64,000 nt of DNA from Bacteroidota bacterium (GTDB lineage Bacteria > Bacteroidota > Bacteroidia > 2-12-FULL-35-15): contig SXIH01000042.1 of assembly GCA_005772895.1 (NCBI GenBank), positions 6,042 through 70,041 of the forward strand, written 5' to 3'. Position 1 is the stretch's first letter; every line of letters starts with the position of its first letter. Both the position numbers and the translations under genes were made by a program. The notes below the pieces were generated by a model that made no database searches, had not been told where the DNA came from, and saw only the letters and a program-made list of their open reading frames with translations. Positions 30,322-39,981 of this stretch are shown here, in pieces.

Positions 30322-31761
30322 ATGAAATTAAAACAAGTTCTACCCATTTGCCTGTTAGTAATAATTGCTTTATCGTCTTGTAAAAAGGATGAACTGATTA
30401 CCGATTCGAGTGCAAAACTTGCATTTTCAGTAGATACTGTTTTGTTCGATACCGTTTTTCAATATGCCGGTTCTGCAACAAAACTTTTCAGAATTTACAA
30501 TCCACACGAGCAACCAATAAATATTTCAAAAGCATATTTAGCAGGAGGAACTAGCTCACCATTTAAACTGAACATTGACGGAATATCAACTACATCAACC
30601 ATGCCTGTTTTAACAGACATCGAAATTTTAGGTGGCGATAGTATGTACGTTTTTGTTCAAGTTTATGTAAATCCATCAGGGAGTCTTCCAGTAATTGTAA
30701 AAGATTCTATCATATTTGAAACAAATGGAAATATTCAAGATGTGAAATTGATTGCCATAGGTCAAGATGTTTATTTACACAAACCAGATCCGGGAAAATT
30801 TTATTCTGTTGTAACACCTCCAGGTACTAATTATACTTTCCCAACTGATAAACCACATTTGGTTTTTGGATATTTAGTTGTCGATTCAGCCACAATTGTA
30901 ACAATGCCTGCTGGTACTAAAATGTACATGCACAACCATTCTGTTCTTTGGGTTTATCGCGATGGAACTTTAATTATTGATGGTGATTTAGGAAATGAAG
31001 TTACTTTTCAAGGTGATAGATTGGAATCAGATTATGCTAATGTTCCCGGGCAATGGGGAAAAATTTGGTTTTCTGCTTTGAGTAAAGACAATACTATTGA
31101 TTATGCAATAATTAAAAACGGACAAATAGGAATTCATGTAGATACGGTTGCATCAACCACCACTCCTACTCTCAGAATGTCAAATACAATTGTAAAAAAT
31201 ATGTCGGCAGCCGGGCTTTTTGCTCAAGGAGCACATATTAGAGCAGTGAATTGCGTATATGCAAATTGCGGACAATACGTTGCGGCTCTTACTATTGGTG
31301 GGAAATACCGTTTTGAACATTGCACGTTTGCAAATTACTGGACATACGATAGCAGAGTAACTCCAACACTTGTAATGGGCAATCATTACTATGCTGATGG
31401 CATTGGAGAAATTATTCGTCCACTAGACAGTTGTTATTTTGGAAATTGTATTATCTATGGAGACATAGCAGAAGAAGTAGGAATGGATTCCGCTTTAACT
31501 ATCGGAGCTTTTTCTTACAAATTTGATTACTGTGATGTAAGAACAACACGAACACCTGATGGACATTACGTATCACCAATGAACAGTGATCCAGGATTTG
31601 CTGATGTAACAATTAACAATTACAGAATTGGATCGCCAACTGCATTTGCTGCAGAAAAAGCTAACCCATTAATTTCACTTGCTATTCCATTTGATATCAG
31701 AGGGATGATAAGACCAAACGGTCCGCTTCCCGATTTAGGAGCATATGAATATTATCCATAA
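30322..31761 (+). CDS. Conserved lipoprotein with Ig-like N-domain and right-handed beta-helix
   Basis: Lipobox LSSC; FSVDTVLFDTVF; FQGDRLE..PGQWG.IW; DLGAYE. Confidence 0.75.
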   Translation: MKLKQVLPICLLVIIALSSCKKDELITDSSAKLAFSVDTVLFDTVFQYAGSATKLFRIYNPHEQPINISKAYLAGGTSSPFKLNIDGISTTSTMPVLTDIEILGGDSMYVFVQVYVNPSGSLPVIVKDSIIFETNGNIQDVKLIAIGQDVYLHKPDPGKFYSVVTPPGTNYTFPTDKPHLVFGYLVVDSATIVTMPAGTKMYMHNHSVLWVYRDGTLIIDGDLGNEVTFQGDRLESDYANVPGQWGKIWFSALSKDNTIDYAIIKNGQIGIHVDTVASTTTPTLRMSNTIVKNMSAAGLFAQGAHIRAVNCVYANCGQYVAALTIGGKYRFEHCTFANYWTYDSRVTPTLVMGNHYYADGIGEIIRPLDSCYFGNCIIYGDIAEEVGMDSALTIGAFSYKFDYCDVRTTRTPDGHYVSPMNSDPGFADVTINNYRIGSPTAFAAEKANPLISLAIPFDIRGMIRPNGPLPDLGAYEYYP

Positions 31762-31783
31762 GCCAACCATTTCCATTATAGAG

Positions 31784-31865
31784 CGTCACCCCGTGCTACG
31801 ACACTGGATCTCATGAATGTTAGCAATCCTTACAATTGGCAGATCTGTGAAGGGCCACGGATGAC
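31784..31865. repeat. Degenerate CGTC-tagged REPIN, subfamily A
   Basis: cgtcaccccgtgctacgacactggatctc-atgaatg...aattggc-agatctgtgaagggccacggatgac; spacer ends match the 4685 copy. Confidence 0.75.
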
Positions 31866-31901
31866 ATTAAGAGTGAAAGATATCTACGAAAAAAAATCCT
31901 T

Positions 31902-32933
31902 TTACAAAAATCTTGCTTTTGCTTTTTTAGATTCTTTATTTTTAAATACTCCGTTGTATTGAAGAAATATTTCAAATCCTCCAACCGATTTTGTTGTTGG
32001 TGTTAATTTAGATGCAGTAACTTCATAAGCGGCTCCAAAACCAAATCCTTTTAGTTCATATCTGAACGTTACATAAACAGCATCTCTAAAACGATAAAAT
32101 ACTCCGAAATAAACTGCTTTATCCGTTTGATTATCTGTATAACGTGATGCCTCTTCCAATACATATTTTACATTAAATCCACCATTCAACAATAATGAAG
32201 ATCCTTGCTGATATGCAATTATACTAGGCATTAAAGTAGTGTTACTTGTTTCACTTAATTTATAGCCTATGTTCCATTGTACTCCAAATTTTGGAATCAA
32301 TCTTTCTGCTCTTCCAAGAATACTATATCTCGGAGCTGTAAAATGATGGAATGAAAAACCCAATGCACTTCTGAACAAATGATTTGTTTTGAAATTCCAA
32401 ACTAAACCAGTCGACATATCTAAAAATCCAGTTCCACCACCACCTTCAGCAACTCCGTAACTCGGATCATACGTTCCTGAAACAGGATTGTACTGACTAT
32501 CCCACTTCACACCACCCAATGCAACAGTTCTGATATTATAACCAATTGTATAACCTAAAGTGATATTGTGTTTTTGTCGCCCACCAATAAATTTTGTGTA
32601 GGATGCCAAAGCATTAAATGATTGCGTTTTCAATCGGAATGGTCCATCGTTGTCGCTAACAATATTTAATCCTGCAGCAAAAAAATCATCACTCAACATT
32701 CTTTTTTTGAAAATAGGACCATCAAGACCAATATTGAATGTTTTGTATGGATTGGTAACAGTAAACCATTGCATACGATACAAAGTATATGCTCTTATAT
32801 CGCTATTGATAGCACCTGTATTTCCCGGATTAGCATTTAGTGGTGCTAAATAAAATTGAGAAAAATGATAATCTTGCGCAATTGCAGAAGTAGTAAAAAC
32901 CAATGCTGCAAATAATGTTATTTTTTTTATCAT
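31902..32933 (-). CDS. PorP/SprF family T9SS membrane protein
   Basis: AQDYHFSQFYLAPL..NPG.TG, YRMQW, YRFRDA, GGFEI; directly downstream of a type B CTD cargo. Confidence 0.9.
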   Translation of the reverse strand: MIKKITLFAALVFTTSAIAQDYHFSQFYLAPLNANPGNTGAINSDIRAYTLYRMQWFTVTNPYKTFNIGLDGPIFKKRMLSDDFFAAGLNIVSDNDGPFRLKTQSFNALASYTKFIGGRQKHNITLGYTIGYNIRTVALGGVKWDSQYNPVSGTYDPSYGVAEGGGGTGFLDMSTGLVWNFKTNHLFRSALGFSFHHFTAPRYSILGRAERLIPKFGVQWNIGYKLSETSNTTLMPSIIAYQQGSSLLLNGGFNVKYVLEEASRYTDNQTDKAVYFGVFYRFRDAVYVTFRYELKGFGFGAAYEVTASKLTPTTKSVGGFEIFLQYNGVFKNKESKKAKARFL

Positions 32934-32973
32934 AATTTTTTCTTTTTAAAAAGAAATTTGTTTGTAGCTAATA

Positions 32974-35900
32974 TTATCTGGCAAGCATAATTGCCCCATG
33001 CTCTTTGGCTTCACTGCCATCACAGAATGTAACAACCAAATCATACACAAAAACATTGTTATTCATTTTTAATCCGATGAGTCTTCCATCCCAAGATTGA
33101 GCAGGATCAGATGTTTCAAAAACTTTCTCTCCTATTCTGTCGAATATTTTTAAACTGATAAAATCAATTCCTCTGCCGTGCACCTGAATCACATCATTTA
33201 TTCCATCGCCATTCGGAGAAAATCCTGTAGGCATAAAATAAGTGAAAATATTTTCTACTACAACAGTTGCAGTTTCTGTATCGGTACAACCTGCGGGACT
33301 TGTATATTGAACAGTGTATGTTGTTGTAACAGTTGGTGAAACTGTAACTTCGGGACCTGTAGAACTTTCTCCTGACCATGTATATGTTCCATCACTTGGA
33401 CTAGCATACAAGGTTGTTGACTCACAAGCATTGATAAGCATGTTTCCAGAAACAGTTACTGTAACAGGTGAACCAACTGTGATGTATGCAGTTTGCGTTA
33501 ATGTATCAGAACCATCAGCATTAGTTGCAATCAAAGTAACATCATATGATCCATTTGAAGAATAGCAAATGGCTGGAGGAGTTTGTGATGTTGATGTAGC
33601 TGGTGAACCACCCGGGAAGGACCACGACCATGATGTTGGAGAGTTGGTGCTTAAATCGGTAAAGTTTACGCAAGCAGGCGTATTACAAAAAATTGTATTG
33701 TCTGCTGTGAAATTTGCAACAGGAGGTGAACAAGAATTTACAGTTATAGTTACAGTATTTGATGTAGCAGGAGAACCAGTAACACAAGACGCTGTAGAAG
33801 TCATAATAACAGTTACAACATCACCATTTGATAAACCGGTTGTAGTAAATGTCGGAGAATTTGTTCCCGCATTTGTTCCGTTCACTTGCCATTGATAACT
33901 AGGAGTTCCTCCATTTGTAGGAGTTGCAGTAAATGTAACTGGATCTCCAACACAAATTGTTGTTGGTGCTCCCACAATGCTAACAGAAGCTGTAACAGTT
34001 GGATTAACTGTAATTGTAATTGAATTAGAAGTAGCAGGAGAGCCTGTTGCACAACTTGATGAAGAAGTCATAATAACAGTAACAACATCTCCATTTACTA
34101 AAGTAGTTGTTCCAAAACTAGATGACGTTGCACCACCCACATTTGTTCCATTTATTTGCCATTGATAAGTTGGTGTTGCTCCACCATTTGTTGGCGTTGC
34201 AGTAAACACAACTAAATCACCAGCACAAATTGTTGTACTCGGAACAGCAGCAATACTTACTGAAGCAGGAACTGACGCAACAACAGTAATTGTAATTGCA
34301 TTTGAAGTAGCTGGTGAACCTGTTGCACAACTTAATGATGAAGTCATGATAACAGTAATAATATCTCCATTCACTAAAGTGGATGAAGTATAAGTTGATG
34401 ATGTTGCACCACCAATATTTGTTCCGTTCAATTGCCATTGATAAGTTGGTGTTGTTCCACCGTTTGTAGGACTTGCAGTAAATGTTACCGGATCGCCAGC
34501 ACAAATTGTAGCACCAGTTGAAGTAATGCTAACAGAAGCAGGAACTGAAGCAGAAACAGTTATTGTAATTGGATTAGATGTTGCCGTTGTAGGAGAAGCA
34601 CACGGAGCATTTGAAGTCATAATAACTGTAACAATATCACCATTTGCAAGTGTAGAAGATGTATAAGTTGTTCCACCTGTTCCCACATTACTTCCATTTA
34701 CTTGCCATTGATAAGTTGGACCTGCTCCACCATTTGTTGGAGTTGCCGTAAAAGTAACAGGATCACCGGCACAAATTGTAGAACCTGTAGATACAATACT
34801 TACAGAAGGAACAACAGTTGGATTTACTGTCATTGTAATTCCGGTTGATGTTGCAGTAGTTGGTGAAGCACAAGCTGCATTTGATGTCATTATAACTGTA
34901 ACAACATCACCATTTGCAAGTGTTGTTGATGTATAAGTTGTTCCACCAGTTCCCACATTACTTCCATTCACTTGCCATTGATAAGTTGGGCCAGCACCAC
35001 CATTTGTAGGAGTTGCAGTAAATGTTACAGATGTTCCTGCACATATTGGTCCGGAAGGAACGGCTGCAATAGTTACTGAAGGAACTACAACAGCGTTGAT
35101 GGTAATATTCACACCATTATCTGTTCCAGTTATCGGAGGAGTTGAGCTTATTACTCTTACTCTGTATCCAGTTCCTGTTGGTGTTCCGCAGGGAATTGTA
35201 CAAGCAATTGTTCCCGTATTTGCAACACTCACCAATGTACCAATTGCAACTGGAGCTGCAAAACTTCCAACTGCATCTGATAATTGAGCAGTATAAATAT
35301 TTCCTGCAGTAAAAGTTCCTGTACTTGTAAAAGGAACATTCATCGCGCTACAAGCGCAGAAAGGACTACCTGTTATAGTACCCGTTGTGATAGTGTTTGA
35401 TGTTGGTGTTGATAAAGTAATATTATCAACTGCAAAAGAAGGATCTACTCCTGCACCATCATCATTGTTTACCCATCTAAAAGCAATTTTCACCAATGGA
35501 TTATTATCAGCAGAAACAGGCAAAGCAACTGTTCTCGAAGTCCATAATCCTTGTCCGCCACAACCAGTCAATGTTTTTGGCATATTATCTATTAATGTCC
35601 AAACTGCTCCATCAAAATAGTAAAGCGTTGCATCATCAAGAGTTGTTTGACCTCCCTCTATATAATTAAAATTCACAGAGATTGTTGTTTTTCCAGTACA
35701 ATTGATTGTTGGTGACTCCGAGCGTCTATTAGTTTCTGGACAAAATAAGAATCCACATAATCCACCTGCATCGTATGCCGCTCCTCCTGCAGGATTAAAT
35801 ACACTAGTTACATGCAATGTATTATTTAAATTATTAGCAACTCCACAGCTTGTTGGTGCTCCTAAATTTGGCGTAATTCCTCCTCCTTCATTGTCTGAAA

Positions 35901-36102
35901 CTGTAAAAAAATTAGGATCAGTTCCTTCTACTCCTGTTGGAACATTAAATGTCCATCCTGGTCCACCGGTTGTCCAGTCTTCTGTATAAAACACCTGTGC
36001 ATTTGTATTAAAAGAAAAAAGTGATAAAAGCAATGCTGAAATTGCAAAAACTTTCATCACATGACCTTTAATATTAAGTCTGTAATAAGTATTGTTTTTC
36101 AT
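32974..36102 (-). CDS. T9SS type B CTD adhesin-like cargo: jelly-roll head, 5 Ig-like repeats, PKD, gliding-motility CTD
   Basis: MPTGFSPNGDGIND...IFDRIGEKVF...WDG; PKD motif FTDLSTNSPTSWSWSF. Confidence 0.9.
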   Translation of the reverse strand: MKNNTYYRLNIKGHVMKVFAISALLLSLFSFNTNAQVFYTEDWTTGGPGWTFNVPTGVEGTDPNFFTVSDNEGGGITPNLGAPTSCGVANNLNNTLHVTSVFNPAGGAAYDAGGLCGFLFCPETNRRSESPTINCTGKTTISVNFNYIEGGQTTLDDATLYYFDGAVWTLIDNMPKTLTGCGGQGLWTSRTVALPVSADNNPLVKIAFRWVNNDDGAGVDPSFAVDNITLSTPTSNTITTGTITGSPFCACSAMNVPFTSTGTFTAGNIYTAQLSDAVGSFAAPVAIGTLVSVANTGTIACTIPCGTPTGTGYRVRVISSTPPITGTDNGVNITINAVVVPSVTIAAVPSGPICAGTSVTFTATPTNGGAGPTYQWQVNGSNVGTGGTTYTSTTLANGDVVTVIMTSNAACASPTTATSTGITMTVNPTVVPSVSIVSTGSTICAGDPVTFTATPTNGGAGPTYQWQVNGSNVGTGGTTYTSSTLANGDIVTVIMTSNAPCASPTTATSNPITITVSASVPASVSITSTGATICAGDPVTFTASPTNGGTTPTYQWQLNGTNIGGATSSTYTSSTLVNGDIITVIMTSSLSCATGSPATSNAITITVVASVPASVSIAAVPSTTICAGDLVVFTATPTNGGATPTYQWQINGTNVGGATSSSFGTTTLVNGDVVTVIMTSSSSCATGSPATSNSITITVNPTVTASVSIVGAPTTICVGDPVTFTATPTNGGTPSYQWQVNGTNAGTNSPTFTTTGLSNGDVVTVIMTSTASCVTGSPATSNTVTITVNSCSPPVANFTADNTIFCNTPACVNFTDLSTNSPTSWSWSFPGGSPATSTSQTPPAICYSSNGSYDVTLIATNADGSDTLTQTAYITVGSPVTVTVSGNMLINACESTTLYASPSDGTYTWSGESSTGPEVTVSPTVTTTYTVQYTSPAGCTDTETATVVVENIFTYFMPTGFSPNGDGINDVIQVHGRGIDFISLKIFDRIGEKVFETSDPAQSWDGRLIGLKMNNNVFVYDLVVTFCDGSEAKEHGAIMLAR
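33735..35090 (-). repeat. Five in-frame ~90-aa Ig-like repeats (270-276 bp period)
   Basis: YQWQ codons at 33889, 34159, 34435, 34705 and 34975; unit ICxGxxVTFTATPTNGG...NGD.VTVIMTS...C. Confidence 0.9.
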
Positions 36103-36191
36103 ATATTCTTCTTTATTGGGAGTTCGCTTAGTTTTAAATAGTTCACCAAGTTAAGAATTAAAAATAACAATTCAAATTATGGCTATTTATC

Positions 36192-36218
36192 AGATGTAAT
36201 TGGCGGTAATATGGTTGC
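36192..36218 (-). promoter_or_regulatory. Possible ECF-sigma promoter
   Basis: GCAACC-N16-CATCT on the minus strand, upstream of ATG 36102. Confidence 0.4.
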
Positions 36219-36247
36219 TTCTGTATATATTTTATGGGGATTTTGAT

Positions 36248-37543
36248 TTATTGAATAATTATTTTTTTTGCAAGCAATTGTTTTCCATCCGATGCTTTTA
36301 CAATATACATTCCTTTCGCTAAAGAATTTGTCGGAATGGAAATTTTTTTCTGCCCACTTTCAATATATTCATTGATATAAAAAACTTTTTCCCCTTCTAA
36401 ATTAAATAACTCGAAATTTAAAGTCGTTTTTTCGTTCGAACTTATGCTTATTTCTAGCTGGTCGTTATTGCAGTATGAATTTATTATTTCAAAATCTGAT
36501 TGGACAATATTAACCATTTCAATTTTACTATAACTATAATCACCATTGTAGTCTGTTTGTTTCAAACGATAATAAGAAATTCCTGAAAAAGGATTTCTAT
36601 CAATACTAAAATATTCTAGAACCTGAGAACTATTTCCTGCTCCTTGAAAATAAATTAAGTCGGAGAAATTAATTGCATCGGTTGATCTTTCAATTGTAAA
36701 AAAATCGTTATTTAATTCTGTTGCAGTTACCCAATTAATATCCACTTCTTTTTCTGAATTATATTTTGCTGTAAAACTTAACAATTCAATTGGTGCAGGC
36801 GTAAGTACCGCGTTAATAGTAACATCGTCTACTGCAAAAGAAGGATCACTGCCTAATGAATTGTTGTTGCTTTGCCAAACAAAACCAACTCTTAAATTTG
36901 TAATTCCCTCACAAGTTACTGGCATATTCCATGTAATATGAGTCCAGCGGCCTTGCCCAGAACCACATATTTGTGATTTAAGATTATTAATACTTCCTCC
37001 TCCACCCATTGCTGGGCTAGTTGATGTTGGTGCACCAGTTGGAACAACCCAACCTGTTCCTCCATTGATACTATAAACTAAATAAGCTTTATCTGTTGTA
37101 CCTTCACCATTTCCAATAAAATCAAACTCAACTACTACATTGGTATAGCCAACTGTACTAATATTTGGTGAACCAACTCTACGATTTGTATTAATATCGG
37201 ATAAATATGCTGCACCAGAAGCTAATCCAGTACATTCCATAAAAAGAGAAGGATCGCCTAAACCTGCTCCTCCACAAACATTTGCTGTCATTCCTGATTC
37301 TGTATCGCCTGTTTGCCAAAGATTCGCTAATCCAAAAAATGTAGCATTTCCCCAGGGTGCAGCTAAATTATTCACTGTCCAACCACTTGCTGCCAATGTT
37401 CCGCTAAAAGGTTGTGTATAAATTGTTGTTTGAGCAATCGTTGTTTGAAGAGAAAAGAGAACAACGAAACAGGTTCCTAATAACTTGTTCAAGCGAACAA
37501 ATAATCTGGGCGGCAGAAGAAGGATTGGATGTTTCGTTGTCAT
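36248..37543 (-). CDS. T9SS type A CTD cargo; head domain paralogous to that of 32974..36102
   Basis: PIELLSF..W.TATELNNDFFTIERS..YYRLKQTDYNG module; KGMYIV..KKIIIQ end; shared DPSFAVD motif. Confidence 0.85.
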   Translation of the reverse strand: MTTKHPILLLPPRLFVRLNKLLGTCFVVLFSLQTTIAQTTIYTQPFSGTLAASGWTVNNLAAPWGNATFFGLANLWQTGDTESGMTANVCGGAGLGDPSLFMECTGLASGAAYLSDINTNRRVGSPNISTVGYTNVVVEFDFIGNGEGTTDKAYLVYSINGGTGWVVPTGAPTSTSPAMGGGGSINNLKSQICGSGQGRWTHITWNMPVTCEGITNLRVGFVWQSNNNSLGSDPSFAVDDVTINAVLTPAPIELLSFTAKYNSEKEVDINWVTATELNNDFFTIERSTDAINFSDLIYFQGAGNSSQVLEYFSIDRNPFSGISYYRLKQTDYNGDYSYSKIEMVNIVQSDFEIINSYCNNDQLEISISSNEKTTLNFELFNLEGEKVFYINEYIESGQKKISIPTNSLAKGMYIVKASDGKQLLAKKIIIQ

Positions 37544-37657
37544 TTTATTACAAAAACTAAAAAAATCTTACATCTAAGTTATTCCCTAAAAAGCCGAAAT
37601 CAATTACAAAATGTACTTATTATACTAAGTCTAATATTACATATAGTAAATATTTGT

Positions 37658-37683
37658 TATATTTGATAGTATATATGTACTAT
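37658..37683 (+). promoter_or_regulatory. -7 promoter box with adjacent palindrome
   Basis: TATATTTG (37658-37665) immediately followed by ATAGTA-N6-TACTAT (37666-37683). Confidence 0.5.
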
Positions 37684-37697
37684 TATTATACCTTTTC

Positions 37698-39236
37698 ATG
37701 ATAGCATCAGACGAACTTCATAAATTAATAAAGTCTCTCACTCAATCCGAAAAGCGATTTTTTAAGATTTATGCTTCCCGACATATTATTGGTGAGCAAA
37801 ATAATTATGTCCAGCTATTTGATGTAATCGCATCTCAAAAAAAATATAATGAAGAAGCTATAAAAGAAAAATTCGATGGACAAGCTTTTATGAATCGTTT
37901 TGCAGCTGTAAAAAATTATTTACATCAGCTTATTTTAAAAAGCATGAGAAATTTTCATGCTGGTTCTACTATTGATATTGAATTAAAAGAAATGCTTATT
38001 GATATTGATTTTCTTTATCAGAAAGGATTATATAAACAATGTCAAAAACTTCACACCAAAGCAGAAAAGCTGGCTGCTGAAACAGATAAAAAAACCAGAC
38101 TTCTGGAAATATTAGAATGGAAAGCAAAATTAATGCAAGCCACAAACAGAGATTTTGACCAAGAAAATTTTCATAGAAATGTTTTTATTGAAGAAAATGT
38201 TATTTTAAAAAGCATACAACTTACTTTGGAATTAAAAAGCGAAGTACTTGGAGTGTTTACTATGATTAGAAAGCAAGGGTTTGCCCGTTCTAAAAAAGAT
38301 CTCGAATTAATTAACGAAGTTATTCAAAAATACAGTAAGCTCGATTACAAAAAATTAAACTTCAATGATAAGTATTACCTGAATTACATCAATACTGTTT
38401 ATTACACTTCTTCAGGCGACAATTCAAAAAGCTTGCATTATACAAAACGAAATATTGATTTGCTTGAATCTATTCCCTCAAAACTGAGAGATGAGGAGTT
38501 TGAGAAATATATAGCTTCTTTAAACAATTTAGTGGTTAACTTAATCAACTTACAAAAACCTAAGGAAATAAAACCTTATCTAGAAAAGATACGATCCTTA
38601 GCCACTCATAATATACGCGAAAATATTTTATTATGGGTAACTTCTTACAAGCTGGTATTGGGTGTTACTATAAAAGCTTGCGATTTTGAACAAGCAGAAA
38701 AAATTGTGGAAGAAATAAATTCAGGAATTGCATTTTACAGCGACAAAATTCCAGCGGCAGATATTGTACTTTTCAAATTTAACATGTCGATTGTTTATTT
38801 TGTAAACAATAAACATTCAAAAGCAATAAAAACGTTAAATGAAATTATCAACGAAAATGATTTATCGTTACGTGATGATATTCAAAGTTTTGCGAGGATA
38901 ATCCGTTTAATTATTTTCTGGGAAAAAGGAGAAGAAGAACTTCTTCCTTACGCTACTCTTTCAACTTATCGGTTCCTTTACAAACGCAATAAATTATACA
39001 AGTTTGAGAGCATTGTGCTTCAATTTATCAAAGAAAAAATGCTGCATATAAATACTTCAAGTGAATTGAAAAAAGCATTTATTGAATTAAAAGAAAAATT
39101 AGAAAAACAACTTCAAAATCCTTTAGAGAAAAAAGCATTGGACTATTTTGATTTCATTACCTGGATTGAAAGCAAAATAAGTAAAAAGGATTTTAAATCC
39201 TTAGCAAAAGAAAAGCTCCAAAAAGAATTGAATTAA
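37698..39236 (+). CDS. Uncharacterised all-helical protein with TPR-like repeats (putative regulator)
   Basis: 512 aa, no signal peptide; N-terminal LHKLIKSLTQSEKRFFK..YVQLFD..KNYL..LILKSMR; TPR-like helices follow. Confidence 0.75.
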   Translation: MIASDELHKLIKSLTQSEKRFFKIYASRHIIGEQNNYVQLFDVIASQKKYNEEAIKEKFDGQAFMNRFAAVKNYLHQLILKSMRNFHAGSTIDIELKEMLIDIDFLYQKGLYKQCQKLHTKAEKLAAETDKKTRLLEILEWKAKLMQATNRDFDQENFHRNVFIEENVILKSIQLTLELKSEVLGVFTMIRKQGFARSKKDLELINEVIQKYSKLDYKKLNFNDKYYLNYINTVYYTSSGDNSKSLHYTKRNIDLLESIPSKLRDEEFEKYIASLNNLVVNLINLQKPKEIKPYLEKIRSLATHNIRENILLWVTSYKLVLGVTIKACDFEQAEKIVEEINSGIAFYSDKIPAADIVLFKFNMSIVYFVNNKHSKAIKTLNEIINENDLSLRDDIQSFARIIRLIIFWEKGEEELLPYATLSTYRFLYKRNKLYKFESIVLQFIKEKMLHINTSSELKKAFIELKEKLEKQLQNPLEKKALDYFDFITWIESKISKKDFKSLAKEKLQKELN

Positions 39237-39928
39237 TTGAATGATAAAGTTAAATCGGTAATTAATTTAACAACAAACTCCAATTGCTGCTCTCTTGTTA
39301 AATCCGAATTATCCAACACAATTGCATCGTGGGCTTGTGTCAGAGGATTTTCTTTGCGATGAGTATCTTCGTGATCGCGGTAAATTAAATTTGATTTTAC
39401 TTCGTTAAACGAAATATGTTGTCCTTTGGAAGACAATTCATCAAACCTACGCTGTGTTCTGATATCGGTATCAGCTGTCATAAAAAGTTTTAATTCAGCA
39501 TTTGGAAAAACATTGGTCCCAATATCTCTGCCATCCATCACAATGCCTTTGTTTTTCCCTAGCTTACGCTGAATTGCAATCATTTTCACACGAACATCAT
39601 GAATGGCACTTACTTTACTTACGTTTTCAGAAACAATCATTTGTCTGATCTCTTTTTCTACATTTTCTCCATTCAGAAAAGTTTCAGAAGATTTTGTGTT
39701 GGGATTAAATTGAAAAGTCAAATGTATATCATCCAACAAACGAACAATATCACTTTCCTGAAAACTATGGTCCTTGATTACACCCTTTTGCAAGGCATAA
39801 AGTGTAACACAACGATACATCGCTCCGGAATCAACATAAGCATAACCTAGTTTTGAAGCCAAAGCTTTCGCCAGCGTGCTTTTTCCACACGAAGAATATC
39901 CGTCAATTGCAATGGTAATTTTAGTCAT
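39233..39928 (-). CDS. cmk: Cytidylate kinase
   Basis: IAIDGYSSCGKST, DSGAMYR, MDGRDIGT. Confidence 0.97.
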   Translation of the reverse strand: MTKITIAIDGYSSCGKSTLAKALASKLGYAYVDSGAMYRCVTLYALQKGVIKDHSFQESDIVRLLDDIHLTFQFNPNTKSSETFLNGENVEKEIRQMIVSENVSKVSAIHDVRVKMIAIQRKLGKNKGIVMDGRDIGTNVFPNAELKLFMTADTDIRTQRRFDELSSKGQHISFNEVKSNLIYRDHEDTHRKENPLTQAHDAIVLDNSDLTREQQLEFVVKLITDLTLSFN

Positions 39929-39981
39929 ATAGAATTCAGAATTCTAACAACAATATTACTGATTATTTTGTTCAATAAAAA

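Noticed and set aside
33314-35989. Several plus-strand ORFs opposite the T9SS cargo
   Set aside because: Antisense shadows of Thr/Gly/Val-rich codons; no independent motifs
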